A stretch of 64,000 nt of DNA from an uncultured Chloroflexia bacterium (GTDB lineage: Bacteria > Chloroflexota > Limnocylindria > Limnocylindrales > CSP1-4), in assembly GCA_963697275.1 (NCBI GenBank), contig CAVONF010000003.1, positions 68,028 to 132,027 of the forward strand. The letters run 5' to 3'. The position numbers and the translations under genes were made by a program. This document shows, one piece after another, positions 21,983 to 32,583 of this stretch (position 1 is its first letter; every line of letters begins with the position of its first letter). Under the pieces are notes generated by a model, which worked only from the letters and a program-made list of their open reading frames with translations, ran no database searches and was not told where the DNA came from.

Positions 21983-24739
21983 ATGACCGACATGACCGCC
22001 ACCCCAGCTCCTGTCCAGGACCAGCCCTCAACGCCGTCCCGCCCCGTACGCAGATCCCTGCGGACCTTCTTCAAGCCCAGGTCCGTGGCCTTGATCGGCG
22101 CCACCGAGAAGCCCGGCAGCGTGGGCCGGACCATCCTGTCCAACCTCATCGCCAGCCCCTTCGGCGGGACCGTCTATCCCGTCAACCCCAACCGGCCCAG
22201 TGTGCTGGGCATCCAGAGCCATCCCAACGTGGCCTCGATCCCGGAGCAGGTGGACCTGGCGGTCATCGTGACGCCGCCGGCCAGCATCCCCGGCCTCATC
22301 GCCGAATGCGGCGAGGCCGGCGTACCCACGGCGGTGGTCATCTCGGCCGGCTTCAAGGAGGTCGGCGAGGAAGGGGCGGCGCTGGAGCTGCAGGTGGTGG
22401 AGGAGGCGCGCCGCTTCGGCATGCGCGTGGTGGGGCCCAACTGCCTGGGCATCATGAACCCCATCTCCGGGCTGAACGCCACGTTCGCTGCCGGGATGGC
22501 CAGGAAGGGCCGGGTCTCCTTCATCGGCCAGAGCGGTGCGCTCATCACGGCCATCCTCGACTGGAGCCTCCGCGAGCAGGTCGGCTTCAGCTCCATCGTC
22601 TCCCTGGGCTCGATGGCCGATGTGGGCTGGGGTGACCTCATCGACTACCTCGGCGACGATCCCGACACCGACGCCATCGTGCTTTACATGGAGACCGTCG
22701 GCGACGCCCGGGCCTTCCTCTCGGCGGTGCGCGAGGTCGCCCTCGCCAAGCCCATCATCGTCATGAAGCCCGGCCGCTCGGAGGAGGCCTCCAAGGCTGC
22801 TGCCTCGCACACGGGCTCCATGACCGGCTCAGACGAGGTCCTGGACGCCGCGTTCCGGCGCGTCGGCGTCCTGCGCGCCGAGCGCATCTCGGATCTGTTC
22901 TACTTCGCCGAGGTCCTCGGCAAGCAGCCCCTGCCCAGGGGTCCGCGCCTGACCGTGCTCAGCAACGCCGGTGGCCCGGGCGTCATGGCCACGGACGCGC
23001 TCATCCGGGGCGGCGGCAAGCTGGCTCCGGTCTCCGCGGCGACCACGGCCGCGCTCAACGAGGTCCTGCCGCCCACCTGGAGCCACGCCAACCCGATCGA
23101 CATCATCGGCGATGCTCCGCCCGATCGGTACGCCAAGGCCCTGGAGATCCTGGCCAAGGACGAGGACAGCGACGGGCTGCTGGTCATCCTGACCCCGCAG
23201 GCGATGACCGACCCGACCAAGACCGCGCAGCGACTCATCCCCTTCACCATCGACGCCAAGAAGCCGATCATGGCCAGCTGGATGGGTGGCAGCGATGTCG
23301 CCAACGGCGAGCGCATCCTCAGCGAGGCCGGGGTGGCCACCTTCCCGTACCCCGACAGCGCCGCCAAGATGTTCACCGAGCTGGTGCAGTACGGCGAGAA
23401 CCTCAAGTCCCTGTACGAGACGCCCAGCCTGACCCCCGAATGGGTGCGTAGCCCGGAGCGCGGCCGGGCCAGCCAGCTCATCGAGCAGGCGCGCGCGCAG
23501 GGCCGCACGACCCTGTCCGAGCCCGAGTCCAAGGAACTGCTCGATGCCTACGGCATCCCCGTGGCCGAGACCCGAACGGCAGGCAACATGGAGGAGGCGG
23601 TCGCGGCCGCCGATGCCATCGGATACCCGGTCGTCGTCAAGCTGGTCTCCCACACCATCACCCACAAGTCGGACGTGGGCGGCGTGCGTCTGAACCTGCC
23701 CGACGCGGCGGCCGTCCGCGAGGCCTACTCCGCCATCGAGCGCGCCGTTGCCGACAAGCACGGCGCGGAGCACTTCGAGGGTGTCTCGGTCCAGCCCATG
23801 ATCGACCGCGATGGCTACGAGCTCATCATCGGCAGCACGGTGGACCCGCAATTCGGGCCGGTGCTGCTCTTCGGACTTGGTGGCGAGCTGGTGGAGGTCT
23901 TCCAGGACCGTTCCCTGGGGCTGCCGCCGCTGACCACGACACTGGCCCGCCGCATGATGGAGCGGACCAAGGTCTACACCGCCCTCAAGGGCGTGCGTGG
24001 ACGAGCCAGTATCGACATGGCCGCCCTGGAGCAGCTCATGGTCCGCTTCAGCGAGATGGTCGTAGAGCAGCCGGCGATCGCCGAGCTGGACATCAACCCC
24101 CTGCTGGCCTCGCCGCAGCGCCTGCTCGCGCTCGACGCGCGGGTCATCCTGCACCCGCAGGACATCGCCGCTGCGGAGCTGCCCCGCCCGGCCATCCGCC
24201 CCTACCCGCGCAAGTACGCCAGGCCGTGGACCTCACCCGACGGCCGGTCCTGCGTCATCCGCCCCATCCGGCCGGAAGACGAGACCCTGGTGGTGGACTT
24301 CCACGGGCGCCTCTCGGACGAGGCCGTCTACCAGCGCTACTTCACCAAGCTCGGGTACGAGCAGCGCGTGGCCCACGAGCGGCTCGTCCGTGTCTGCTTC
24401 ACCGACTACGATCGCGAGATCGCACTGGTGGCCGAACAGCTCGATCCCGAGACCGGCCGCGCGCGCATCGCCGGCATCGCCCGCATGATCCGGCTGCACA
24501 ACTCCGGCGACGCGGAGTTCTCGCTCATCATCTGCGATGAGTGCCAGGGACAGGGCCTGGGGACGGAGATGCTCAGCCGTCTCGTGGAGGTCGGCCGCGA
24601 AGAGGGCCTCGATCGGCTCGTCGCGGAGATGCTGGCCACCAACGGCAGCATGATCCGCATCTGCCAGGAACTGGGCTTCACCATCAAGGCCGACGAGGGT
24701 GGCGAGACCGTGCAGGCGGAGCTGAACCTGAACGGGTAG
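21983..24739 (+). CDS. bifunctional acetyl-CoA synthetase (ADP-forming)-like / GNAT protein acetyltransferase (Pat-like)
   Basis: Intact ORF. CoA-binding part: [32 protein letters not shown]. An ATP-grasp region follows. C-terminal GNAT: [24 protein letters not shown]. The start is uncertain (ATG at 21908, 21983 or 21992). Confidence 0.8.
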   Translation: MTDMTATPAPVQDQPSTPSRPVRRSLRTFFKPRSVALIGATEKPGSVGRTILSNLIASPFGGTVYPVNPNRPSVLGIQSHPNVASIPEQVDLAVIVTPPASIPGLIAECGEAGVPTAVVISAGFKEVGEEGAALELQVVEEARRFGMRVVGPNCLGIMNPISGLNATFAAGMARKGRVSFIGQSGALITAILDWSLREQVGFSSIVSLGSMADVGWGDLIDYLGDDPDTDAIVLYMETVGDARAFLSAVREVALAKPIIVMKPGRSEEASKAAASHTGSMTGSDEVLDAAFRRVGVLRAERISDLFYFAEVLGKQPLPRGPRLTVLSNAGGPGVMATDALIRGGGKLAPVSAATTAALNEVLPPTWSHANPIDIIGDAPPDRYAKALEILAKDEDSDGLLVILTPQAMTDPTKTAQRLIPFTIDAKKPIMASWMGGSDVANGERILSEAGVATFPYPDSAAKMFTELVQYGENLKSLYETPSLTPEWVRSPERGRASQLIEQARAQGRTTLSEPESKELLDAYGIPVAETRTAGNMEEAVAAADAIGYPVVVKLVSHTITHKSDVGGVRLNLPDAAAVREAYSAIERAVADKHGAEHFEGVSVQPMIDRDGYELIIGSTVDPQFGPVLLFGLGGELVEVFQDRSLGLPPLTTTLARRMMERTKVYTALKGVRGRASIDMAALEQLMVRFSEMVVEQPAIAELDINPLLASPQRLLALDARVILHPQDIAAAELPRPAIRPYPRKYARPWTSPDGRSCVIRPIRPEDETLVVDFHGRLSDEAVYQRYFTKLGYEQRVAHERLVRVCFTDYDREIALVAEQLDPETGRARIAGIARMIRLHNSGDAEFSLIICDECQGQGLGTEMLSRLVEVGREEGLDRLVAEMLATNGSMIRICQELGFTIKADEGGETVQAELNLNG

Positions 24740-24754
24740 CTGCCCGCCGTCGTC

Positions 24755-24774
24755 GTCGGCTGCTGGTCGCCGAC
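24755..24774. terminator. short GC hairpin between convergent genes (GTCGGC-8 nt-GCCGAC)
   Basis: Seen in the 40-nt gap between the Pat-like stop (24739) and the flavodoxin stop (24779). There is no clear U tract. Confidence 0.25.
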
Positions 24775-24778
24775 CGGC

Positions 24779-25264
24779 TCAGGCAGCGACAGGGTGGGGG
24801 TGTCGGGCCGCTGCCGCCTGCGCGGCCTCTGCCGCCAGCCGCGCCCAGACCGGGGCGCGCTCGAGCTCACCTTCCTTCAGGCGGGGCTCCGTGGTGACCA
24901 GGAAGGACTCATCGGGAGCGACCACATCCGCCCCCGCATCACGCAGCCAGTGGTGGATGTCCGACGCGGCCGAGCCGGAGATGAGCCGCGGCCAGTCCAG
25001 ACGCGTGTCGAACGCCGCAGCAGCGATACCCCGCAGGGCGTGGGCGGGCAGGCGATCGAAGAACGCGTGCACCGCCGGTGTGGCATGGCGCCCTTCGGTG
25101 GGGCCACCGATGACCAGCAGGTCGCAGTGCTCCCAGACCGTAGCCGAGGCATCCTGCGCGGCCAGCGTCCGGGCGCGCCCGAACTCTGCGAGGGCCGCGG
25201 CGATCGCTTCTGCGACTCGCCTGGTGTTACCACTGCGGGTGTCAAAGACGACGACGGACTTCAC
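24779..25264 (-). CDS. flavodoxin family protein
   Basis: MKSVVVFDTRSGNTRRVAEAIA.. and LLVIGGPTEG. GGAGGTGA lies upstream of the GTG at 25264. Confidence 0.75.
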   Translation of the reverse strand: MKSVVVFDTRSGNTRRVAEAIAAALAEFGRARTLAAQDASATVWEHCDLLVIGGPTEGRHATPAVHAFFDRLPAHALRGIAAAAFDTRLDWPRLISGSAASDIHHWLRDAGADVVAPDESFLVTTEPRLKEGELERAPVWARLAAEAAQAAAARHPHPVAA

Positions 25265-25611
25265 GACGGGTCACCTCCGGCCGAGCCGGTTCAGGCTCGG
25301 CCCGCTCGACGGCCGGGGACGGATCGGCGGCGTGCGAGACGCCGCGGACGGAGGCACCAGCCCGGCGACGCCAGGGCAGCGGATACGGGCGCTCCCGGAC
25401 GACGAGGGAACGGACCGCCACGCCGCGCCGGCCAGCGCGGGCGACGAACGCCGGCACGATGAGGGCCTCCTTTCGCCCCGATGTTCGAACGTGCGCCGGG
25501 TGTTGGCCATGTGCCGAAGGTCCCGACCGGCGTGCGCCAGTCCGGCTGATCCATGGCGCTCCGTTCGCCGTAGCGCTCCGGTCGCGGGGCTGCCTGCTCG
25601 AGCGGTGTCGG

Positions 25612-26661
25612 CTACTCGACCGGTCTGGAGCGATAGCGCGTCACGAGCTCCCGGGCAGCCATCTGGTTGCGCACCGGTGGCAGGCCCCTGGCCATGAGCT
25701 CCAGGTCGTCGAGGACCATCTCGCCGATCTCATGGAACGCCGACGGGATACCGCCGGCGCGGTGTGCCGAGAGGACCATGCCCTCCAGCTGGCGCGCCGG
25801 ATGATCGGGCGGCGCGGGCTCCTCGGGCCAGACATCGGTGGCACACAGGAAGCGGCCCTCGGCGACGTAGCGGACCAGGGCCTCGAAGTCGACCACGGCG
25901 GCGCGACTGGAGAGCACCACGCGCGCGCCGGCCGGGATGAGCTTCATGTTCTCCGCGTTCAGCAGGTGCGTCGACTCCTCGGTCACGGTGGCGAGGATGA
26001 ACAGGAACGTGCTCCTGGAGAGCACCTCCTCCAGCGAAGCCGGCTCCATGCCCGCCTCGCGGATGACCGCGTCCGGCAACCACGGGTCATAGCAGCGGAT
26101 CCGGTCGGGGCGGAAGGCCTGCAGCAGCGGCAGCAGCTTGCGACCGATGTTGCCATAGCCGAGGATGCCCATCTCCGACCCGCGCAGCAGGATGGCGTCC
26201 TGGTTCCCGGCCGAGACGTAGCGCTCGCGACCCTCGCGGAAGGCGCGGTCCTCGCGGCTGATGCCACGCGCCAGGTCGACGGCGAGGCCGAGGGCATGCT
26301 CAGCCACGGGCTGGGCATACACGGGCATGCAGGCCACGACGTTGACACCGCGTGAGAAGGCCGCCTCATAGTCGACGTTCTGGAAGAAGTTGCCCTCCAC
26401 GTTCAGGATGCCCCGCAGTCTGGGCGCACGCTCCAGCCGCTCCGCGGGCAGGTCCGGCTGGCCGATGATGGCGAAGACCTCCGGCAGGCAGGCCTCGATG
26501 GCCTCCTCGGAGGGGTCTGCCTCACCATCGATGACCGTGTACCGCTCCTTGAGGCGCCGCAGGGCATCGTCGCTGAAGATGCGCGCGACGATCTGCGGCG
26601 CCGGGCGCAGCAGCACCACCGGCTTGGCGCTGACAGACTGGTCTGACATCGGCCCTGGCAT
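25612..26661 (-). CDS. D-isomer-specific 2-hydroxyacid dehydrogenase family protein
   Basis: NAD motif MGILGYGNIGRKL, catalytic region LSSRAAVVDFEAL..DVWPEEP, and SAHRAGG. Trimmed to the ATG at 26661 (alternative 26649). Confidence 0.8.
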   Translation of the reverse strand: MPGPMSDQSVSAKPVVLLRPAPQIVARIFSDDALRRLKERYTVIDGEADPSEEAIEACLPEVFAIIGQPDLPAERLERAPRLRGILNVEGNFFQNVDYEAAFSRGVNVVACMPVYAQPVAEHALGLAVDLARGISREDRAFREGRERYVSAGNQDAILLRGSEMGILGYGNIGRKLLPLLQAFRPDRIRCYDPWLPDAVIREAGMEPASLEEVLSRSTFLFILATVTEESTHLLNAENMKLIPAGARVVLSSRAAVVDFEALVRYVAEGRFLCATDVWPEEPAPPDHPARQLEGMVLSAHRAGGIPSAFHEIGEMVLDDLELMARGLPPVRNQMAARELVTRYRSRPVE

Positions 26662-26900
26662 GTCCGTGAAGCCCTCCCTCTGTGCATGCGACCGCGTGCG
26701 CATCGGCGACTCTGTCTCGGGTCGGGATGCGGGACAAGGGTACGCCGCATGGCTGGGCTGGTGCGAACGGATGGCCACGGGTCTTCCGGCACGGTCCGGC
26801 CCGTCGATGCCGTCGGAGGCAGCACTGACGGATGGTCGAGCATCGCTCCCGGAAGCGCTGCACACTACGGTCATCGCGATCGCTGTTGGAGGAGCGCCCG

Positions 26901-28189
26901 ATGCGCGGCTGGATGATCGTCCCGACCCTGATCCTCGCACTCACAGCTGTCTCGGCCGGTCCCGTTGCGGGCACCGCAGCAGACCCTGCTTCCGGGAGCG
27001 GCTCCCCAGGAGCCTTCCTGGAAGCCCTGGCCATGGTCCCCGACGCGCCCCAGGCACGCCGCTCGATGCTCTCCTACCTCGACATGGGAGCCGTGGCGGC
27101 GGCGCGGCCTGGTGCCGCCCAGCCCGGTTCCGTCGCCGAGCTGCAGGCACTCCTCACCGCCGACGACCCCGCCGCGGAGCGGTGGCGGGCTGCGCTCATG
27201 GGCGCCAGGAGCGGTGACATGGAGCTGCTCCAGCGCCTGGGCGCGGCCGGGAGCTGGCCCGACGTGCTGGGGTTCGACCCATTCGATGTCGAGCGGCACC
27301 TGACCTTTGGCGAGCCACCCAGCGATGGCTCCGTCCTGCTCGGCGATGTCGACCCCGATGCCATCGCCAGCGCGTTCGCCGCGCAGGGTTACAGCAGTTC
27401 CCCGAAGGGGGCGTGGACCCTCCTCTGCGGTGCAGCGGGTTGCGACAAGGGCTTGACACCCGATCTCGCCAACGTCGATCGCAGCCTGCCCTTCGGCAGG
27501 AGAGATCGGACGCAGCGAGCCGCTGGCGGTGTCCCGGCGCGGCATCCTCAGCTCTGCGGACCTGGCCACGATCGAGGCCATGCTGGCGACCGCAGCCGGC
27601 GAGACGCCTTCGCTGCTGGACGACCCGGCCTACCGCGCGGTGGCAGGCGCCGGGGCGCCCGATGCGCTCCTCGTGCAGGCCACGCTACTGCCCGGCAGCA
27701 TGGCCTCGGTGGCTCCCTACCTAGGGTCGCTGGACCTATCGCCTGCTGAGTTGGCCCAGCGGGCGGACGAACTGACAGGCGGCACTCGAGCCGATGCCCA
27801 TGGCGGAGGTGATCGCCATCCTGGACAGCGCGACCCCGACGGAACAGGTCGTGACCATCGCCCTGGCATACGCGAGTGACGCAGATGCAGCCACGGCCGC
27901 CGAGGTCCTGCCGCATCGTCTGGAGACGCTTCCGACCCTCTACGGCGAAGGGTCGCTGGCCGATCTGTTGTCAAGCCGAGGTGTCACCTCCATCACCGGC
28001 ACGGTCGTGCCCGCCGGCGAGGGGACCGCGGCCGTCGCACGCGTGGAGCTCCGCGCCCCGCTTGCCAGCGACGAGCCCGACGGGGGGACTGGCATACTGG
28101 AGGCCTCCAGCCGCCTGTACGGCCTGTTCCTGGGCCTGGTGTCGCAGCGCGACCTGCTCTGGCTGACACCCAGCCTGCCCCTCCCATAA
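26901..28189 (+). pseudogene. secreted hypothetical protein, two frame changes (about 27500 and 27790)
   Basis: Signal peptide MRGWMIVPTLILALTAVSAGPVAG. Protein-like sequence continues through the 26832, 27529 and 27794 ORF fragments in series. I recognise no family. Confidence 0.5.
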
Positions 28190-28232
28190 GCCGCCCCGCC
28201 CCGACCCGTGGGCCGGTCGGCGCCGGCGTCGC

Positions 28233-28238
28233 TACAAT
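28233..28238 (+). promoter_or_regulatory. TACAAT -10-like hexamer upstream of the sulfotransferase gene
   Basis: Perfect TACAAT, ending 15 nt before the ATG at 28254. This implies a very short leader. No convincing -35 element. Confidence 0.3.
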
Positions 28239-28253
28239 CGGCGCCCATGCGAT

Positions 28254-29111
28254 ATGTCGGTCGGTCACGCCAGCTGCGAGGGACGACGGCTGATGGCCGC
28301 TGACGCCCAGCGGGAGCCCGGGCGAGAATCGGAGCGACGTGGACGCCAGGCCCCGGCCATCCCCGAGGGCGCCTCCGTCGGTCCGCCGGACTTCGTCGGC
28401 GTCGGTGTCCACAAGGCCGGCACGACCTGGTGGTGGGCGCTGCTCGTGGGCCACCCCGAGGTCGACGGCGTCGCCCGTCGCAAGGAACTGCACCTGCTCG
28501 ACCGCATGCGCGAGGGACCCATCAGCGACGACCAGAAGGAGTGGTACTACCGCCAGTTCCCACGTCTGCCAGGCCACATCGCCGGTGAATGGACGCCACG
28601 CTACATGGCCATGCCGCCGATGCCGCGGATCATCGCCGAGGTGGCCCCCAGGGCGAAGCTGCTGACCATCCTCCGCGAGCCCATCGAGCGCTATCGCTCC
28701 GGCTTCAAGCAGTGGCAGGAACAGTCCAGGCGCCGCTCGCTGCGCCGCGACGAGCGCGTCGGGAAGCGCGAAGCGCTGATGCGTGGCTTCTATGGCCGGC
28801 AGATCGAGCGGCTCCTGGAGGTCGTACCCCGGGAGCGGCTCCTGGTGCTGCAGTACGAGCGCTGCGTGCGGGCACCCGCGGAGGAATTCGCACGTACGCT
28901 GGAGTTCCTGGGCGTAGCGCCCTGGGAGCCCGATCGACGCCTGCTGACGATGCGCTACAACCAGACGCTGGGCGACAAGGGCACCCTGTCCGCCAGGGAC
29001 GAAGCCACGCTGATGGCCGAGTACGAGCCCGAGGTGGTGCTGCTCAAACGACTCGTGCCGGACATCGACCTGTCGCTGTGGCCGAGGTTCGCACACCTGG
29101 AGTCAGCCTAG
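28254..29111 (+). CDS. sulfotransferase family protein
   Basis: PAPS 5'-phosphosulfate loop GVGVHKAGTTWW and 3'-phosphate motif TILREPIERYRSGF. Intact 285-aa ORF (alternative start at 28293). Confidence 0.8.
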   Translation: MSVGHASCEGRRLMAADAQREPGRESERRGRQAPAIPEGASVGPPDFVGVGVHKAGTTWWWALLVGHPEVDGVARRKELHLLDRMREGPISDDQKEWYYRQFPRLPGHIAGEWTPRYMAMPPMPRIIAEVAPRAKLLTILREPIERYRSGFKQWQEQSRRRSLRRDERVGKREALMRGFYGRQIERLLEVVPRERLLVLQYERCVRAPAEEFARTLEFLGVAPWEPDRRLLTMRYNQTLGDKGTLSARDEATLMAEYEPEVVLLKRLVPDIDLSLWPRFAHLESA

Positions 29112-29220
29112 CGAGGACTCAGCCTGGCGAGCAGCCATCCCCAGGCCCCTCGACAAGCATCGCAGGTCTGGCAAGCGACTCCCTCGCATCAGCCGATTCC
29201 TCACGGTCGCGAGCCGGGTC

Positions 29221-30054
29221 GTGGCCGTTGCCGACAGTGCGATGGGCGCGACCCCGACCGTTCGCGCCGAGGACCAGCCCGTCGTGGCCCTGCCCACCGC
29301 GCAGTGGATCGATGGCCACCGCGCCCTGGAGACCGACGACAACGTGCGCCCGGCTCCGAGCGTCTTCGACGTCGAGGCCGCCGGCGCTCTGGCCCTGGCC
29401 GAGGTCGACCAGTTCGACGCGACCACCTGGGAGATCGAGGGCATGGCCGCGACCCTGGGACCCGAACCCCCTCCGGCCTTCGAGTGGGTACGTGACCGTC
29501 TCGCACTCGCCCGTACCCGGGCGTGCTTCGCGGAGCACACCGCGCCCTGGTGGCCCGGGCCGGAAACGCCTGGGACCGAGCCCTCCTGTTGCAGGCGCTG
29601 CCGCGCGAGAACGGCCACGAGACACGCCTTGCCACGGCCGACCTCGATGAGGGGTCGGCGGGTGCCGTCCTCGGGCGTGCGCTCGAGGGCGCGGTCGAGC
29701 CACCGGCCGATCCCGATGCGGCCGAGCTGCTGGGCCTCGACCTGGAGGCTATCGCGACGCGCGCATGGCGCGACCACGCCTTCCTGCTCGAGGCCCTGGG
29801 CGACGGTCTTCCTGCTGACGGCACCGCGGGCACGATGTCAGCTCAGGGTGGGCTCGGTCCCCATGCCTGGGTCCAGCTCCGACCGGACGACGACAGCTGG
29901 CTTGACCTCGATCCCACGCTGCCTTCGATGCAGCCGGGAGACAGGCTCGTCGAGGTCACCACCACGCTCGACGGACCGGGCCGCCTCGGGGAGCACACTC
30001 CTGGGGGCACTCCTGCCTCGAGCGGCGCTTCGTCCCTGGCCGTCAGCCACCTGA
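29221..30054 (+). pseudogene. transglutaminase-like domain protein, frame-disrupted and possibly truncated
   Basis: FEWVRDRLAL is in the 29221 frame. The core ARAGNAWDRALLLQAL..GHETRLATADL..HAWVQLRPDDDSWLDLDPT is in the 29523 frame. The C-terminal end is unclear. Confidence 0.55.
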
Positions 30055-30157
30055 CCCCGTTCACAGGGGATAGGATGCTTCCGCGTTTCACGGGTCTGTC
30101 ACGGCCGTGCGCTACGCTCCCGCTGTCGTTGCCACGCTGGGAGGACACACGTCACCG

Positions 30158-30871
30158 ATGTTCCTGTGGGGTCTCTGGATCGATCCGCTCTACCTCGTCA
30201 TCTTCGTCGTCACGCTCGTCATCTCGGGCGCGTCACAGGTCTACATCAGATCCACCTTCGGCAGGTGGAGCCAGGTCGCCAACTCGGCTGGCCTGTCCGG
30301 TGCCCAGGTCGGTGAGCGGCTCGTGTCGCGGGTCCGCTTCGGCAGCGCGACCGGCCCGGCGACAGGCATCAGCTTCAAGATCGTGCCCGGCGACCTCTCC
30401 GATCATTTCGACCCGCGCACTCGCCAGATCGGCCTCTCGCAGGAGGTCGCCGTGCGCCAGTCGGTGGCCGCCATGGCCGTGACCGCCCACGAGGTGGGCC
30501 ACGCCCAGCAGCATGCGGAGGGGACGGTGGCGATGCGGGCGCGCGCCTTCCTGGTCCCGGCCCTCACGTTCAGCCCGACCCTGAGCTACCTGCTCATCTT
30601 CCTGGGCCTGATCTTCAACCTGAGCGGCCTGTTCTACCTGGGCATCATCGTCTTCGGGATCATGGTCGTGTTCAGCATCCTCACCTTGCCGGTCGAGATC
30701 GGGGCCAGCCGCCGTGCCCTCGTGATGCTGCGCGAGACCGGCCTGCTGGTCCGGCCGGAGGACGAGGCGGGCACGAAGCGCGTGCTCACCGCCGCAGCCC
30801 TGACCTACGTGGCGGCGGCGGTGACCTCGATCCTGATGCTGCTGTACTACCTCTCGCTGGCGCGGCGCTAG
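30158..30871 (+). CDS. zinc metallopeptidase (YugP-like, membrane-associated)
   Basis: MFLWGLWIDPLYLVIFVVTLVISGASQ.., LSDHFDPRTRQIGLS, HEVGHAQQH (HExxH), and C-terminal TMs. Confidence 0.8.
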   Translation: MFLWGLWIDPLYLVIFVVTLVISGASQVYIRSTFGRWSQVANSAGLSGAQVGERLVSRVRFGSATGPATGISFKIVPGDLSDHFDPRTRQIGLSQEVAVRQSVAAMAVTAHEVGHAQQHAEGTVAMRARAFLVPALTFSPTLSYLLIFLGLIFNLSGLFYLGIIVFGIMVVFSILTLPVEIGASRRALVMLRETGLLVRPEDEAGTKRVLTAAALTYVAAAVTSILMLLYYLSLARR

Positions 30872-30877
30872 AAGCAG

Positions 30878-32581
30878 GTGGCTGAGGCACCGTCACCGGC
30901 CGAGGTACCGTCACCGGCCGAGGCACCGTCACCGGCCGAGACCGCGAGCTCAGCGGAGGCTCCCGGGGACCACGAGGAACGACCTCGTCGCCGGCCGAGC
31001 GCCGCGGCCCTGGGCACCGCGGCGCTCCTCGGCATCATGGTGGTGGCCGGCCTGGTGGCCGCGTTCATGGCCACGCCGCGTCCCGACGAGGAGGCCCTGC
31101 TCCGGCCGACTGACAGCGACGTCGTGCTGGCCGGTGGTGCGCCGGCGAGCTGGGACCCCGCGGTCATCTCCGATTCGGTCTCGGCACAGCTGCTCTCGCA
31201 GGTCTTCGAAGGCCTGACGACGGTCGACACCGCAGCCGCGGTGCGGCCGGCCCTGGCCGAGTCCTGGACGGTCGAGGAGGAGGGTCGCCGCATCGTCTTC
31301 ACGCTCCGCGAGGGGCTCACCTTCAGTGATGGCAGCCCCCTCGAGGCGGCTGACGTGCGCCGCTCCTGGCTGCGCGTCATCGATCCCGTGCGACCGAGTC
31401 CGCTCTCGAGCCTGCTCGACGATGTCGCGGGTGCCGCAGCGTATGCGCGAGGGGAGGGCAGCGCAGAGACCGTGGGCATCCGCGCCGCTGGTCGCACCCT
31501 GACCGTGGACTTCGTGCGGCCGGCGGCCTACTTCCCGGCCGTGGCGGCGTCGCCGAACCTGGCCGTGGTACCCGCCTCCATCGATGGCGCGGCAGCGGGC
31601 CCACGAGAGAGGCAGCCCTTCGTGGCGTCCGGTCCATACGTACCTGTCGAACAGACGCAGAGCGAGGTGCGCCTGCGTGCCAATGATGCCTACTGGGCAG
31701 GCCCCCCCGCCAGCGCGCGCATCAGCGTGGTCACCGACATCGCGGGGCGCAGCGAGGTCGACGTCTTCGAGGATGGGGCCGTCGACTGGACGCTCATCTC
31801 GCCGGCCGATGCCACCTGGATCCGCTATGACCAGCGCCTGGGGCCACAGTTGCGGTACGCCGACGAGCTGGCCGTGGAGTACCTGGGGTTCGATACCAGC
31901 CAGCCGCCCTTCGATGACGTCCACGCCCGGCGCGCCGTGGCCATGGCCGTGGACTGGCGTCGCCTCTCGGCGGCTGGAGCGGAGACCGGGCCGGCGACCT
32001 CGATCGTGCCCCCGGGCATCGCCGCACGCGGCGATGGCGACTACCTGCTGGCCCACGATCCCGAGTCTGCCCGGGCCGAGCTCGCGGCCGCGGGGTACCC
32101 GGATGGCGAGGGCTTCCCAGGCATCTCGCTGGCGAGCTACGGCATCGGCCCGAGCGCCGCCATCGCCTTCGAGCTGGAGCGCGAGCTGGGCATCCAGGTC
32201 GACGTGGAGGAGTGGTCCTTCGCCGACCACTCCGCCTTGCTCGATACCGACCCGCCGGCGCTGTGGACACTGGCGTGGAGCGCTGACTACCCGCACGCGC
32301 ACGATTTCCTGGGCCTGTTGCTGCGCAGCGACAGCAGCGCCAACGTCGGCGGTTGGGCTGATGCCGGATACGACGCCCTCATCGACGCCGCCGCAGCCAC
32401 GACCGAGGCGGCCGAGCAGGAGCGCCTCTACGCCGAGGCCCAGGCCATCATCCGCGAGCAGGTCCCCCTCATCCCGCTCGACTACAGCAGTTCCTGGGCG
32501 CTGAGCCGGGAGGGGCTCGCAGGCGCCGGGCCATCCGGTGTGGGCCTGTTGCGCTACGCCGACCTGGAATGGAGCCGCTGA
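30878..32581 (+). CDS. ABC transporter substrate-binding protein (family 5, peptide/nickel type)
   Basis: Intact 567-aa ORF with a TM anchor ALGTAALLGIMVVAGLVAAF. LAESWTVEEEGRRIVFTLREGLTFSDGSPLEAADV is typical of SBP_bac_5. Confidence 0.8.
   Translation: MAEAPSPAEVPSPAEAPSPAETASSAEAPGDHEERPRRRPSAAALGTAALLGIMVVAGLVAAFMATPRPDEEALLRPTDSDVVLAGGAPASWDPAVISDSVSAQLLSQVFEGLTTVDTAAAVRPALAESWTVEEEGRRIVFTLREGLTFSDGSPLEAADVRRSWLRVIDPVRPSPLSSLLDDVAGAAAYARGEGSAETVGIRAAGRTLTVDFVRPAAYFPAVAASPNLAVVPASIDGAAAGPRERQPFVASGPYVPVEQTQSEVRLRANDAYWAGPPASARISVVTDIAGRSEVDVFEDGAVDWTLISPADATWIRYDQRLGPQLRYADELAVEYLGFDTSQPPFDDVHARRAVAMAVDWRRLSAAGAETGPATSIVPPGIAARGDGDYLLAHDPESARAELAAAGYPDGEGFPGISLASYGIGPSAAIAFELERELGIQVDVEEWSFADHSALLDTDPPALWTLAWSADYPHAHDFLGLLLRSDSSANVGGWADAGYDALIDAAAATTEAAEQERLYAEAQAIIREQVPLIPLDYSSSWALSREGLAGAGPSGVGLLRYADLEWSR
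30884..30937 (+). repeat. 18-bp tandem repeat x3 (gag-gYa-ccg-tca-ccg-gcc), coding for E(A/V)PSPA
   Basis: Read directly. Degenerate copies follow. It lies in the N-terminal linker of the SBP5 gene. Confidence 0.85.
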
Positions 32582-32583
32582 GC

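Noticed and set aside
22829-24154. 441-aa minus-strand ORF inside the Pat-like gene
   Set aside because: It is antisense to an intact, motif-rich 2.8-kb gene and has shadow-ORF composition.
25242-25457. 71-aa ORF upstream of the flavodoxin gene, with a strong GAAAGGAGG Shine-Dalgarno site 8 nt before its GTG
   Set aside because: The product is Arg/Pro/Ala-rich and runs into the flavodoxin start in another frame. The SD site is intriguing, but I cannot support a real protein. It may be a leader peptide, or simply part of a 350-nt 5' UTR. I left it uncalled.
28201-28220. Hairpin CCGACC-8 nt-GGTCGG after the secreted hypothetical gene, considered as a terminator
   Set aside because: The stem is only 6 bp and no U tract follows. 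This is too weak to call.
30884-30937. Short regularly spaced repeats considered as a CRISPR-like or VNTR element
   Set aside because: The period is 18 bp with no spacers, and the repeats are in frame inside the SBP5 coding sequence (E(A/V)PSPA linker repeats). A similar 24-bp coding repeat lies at about 32683-32730. Neither is a CRISPR array.
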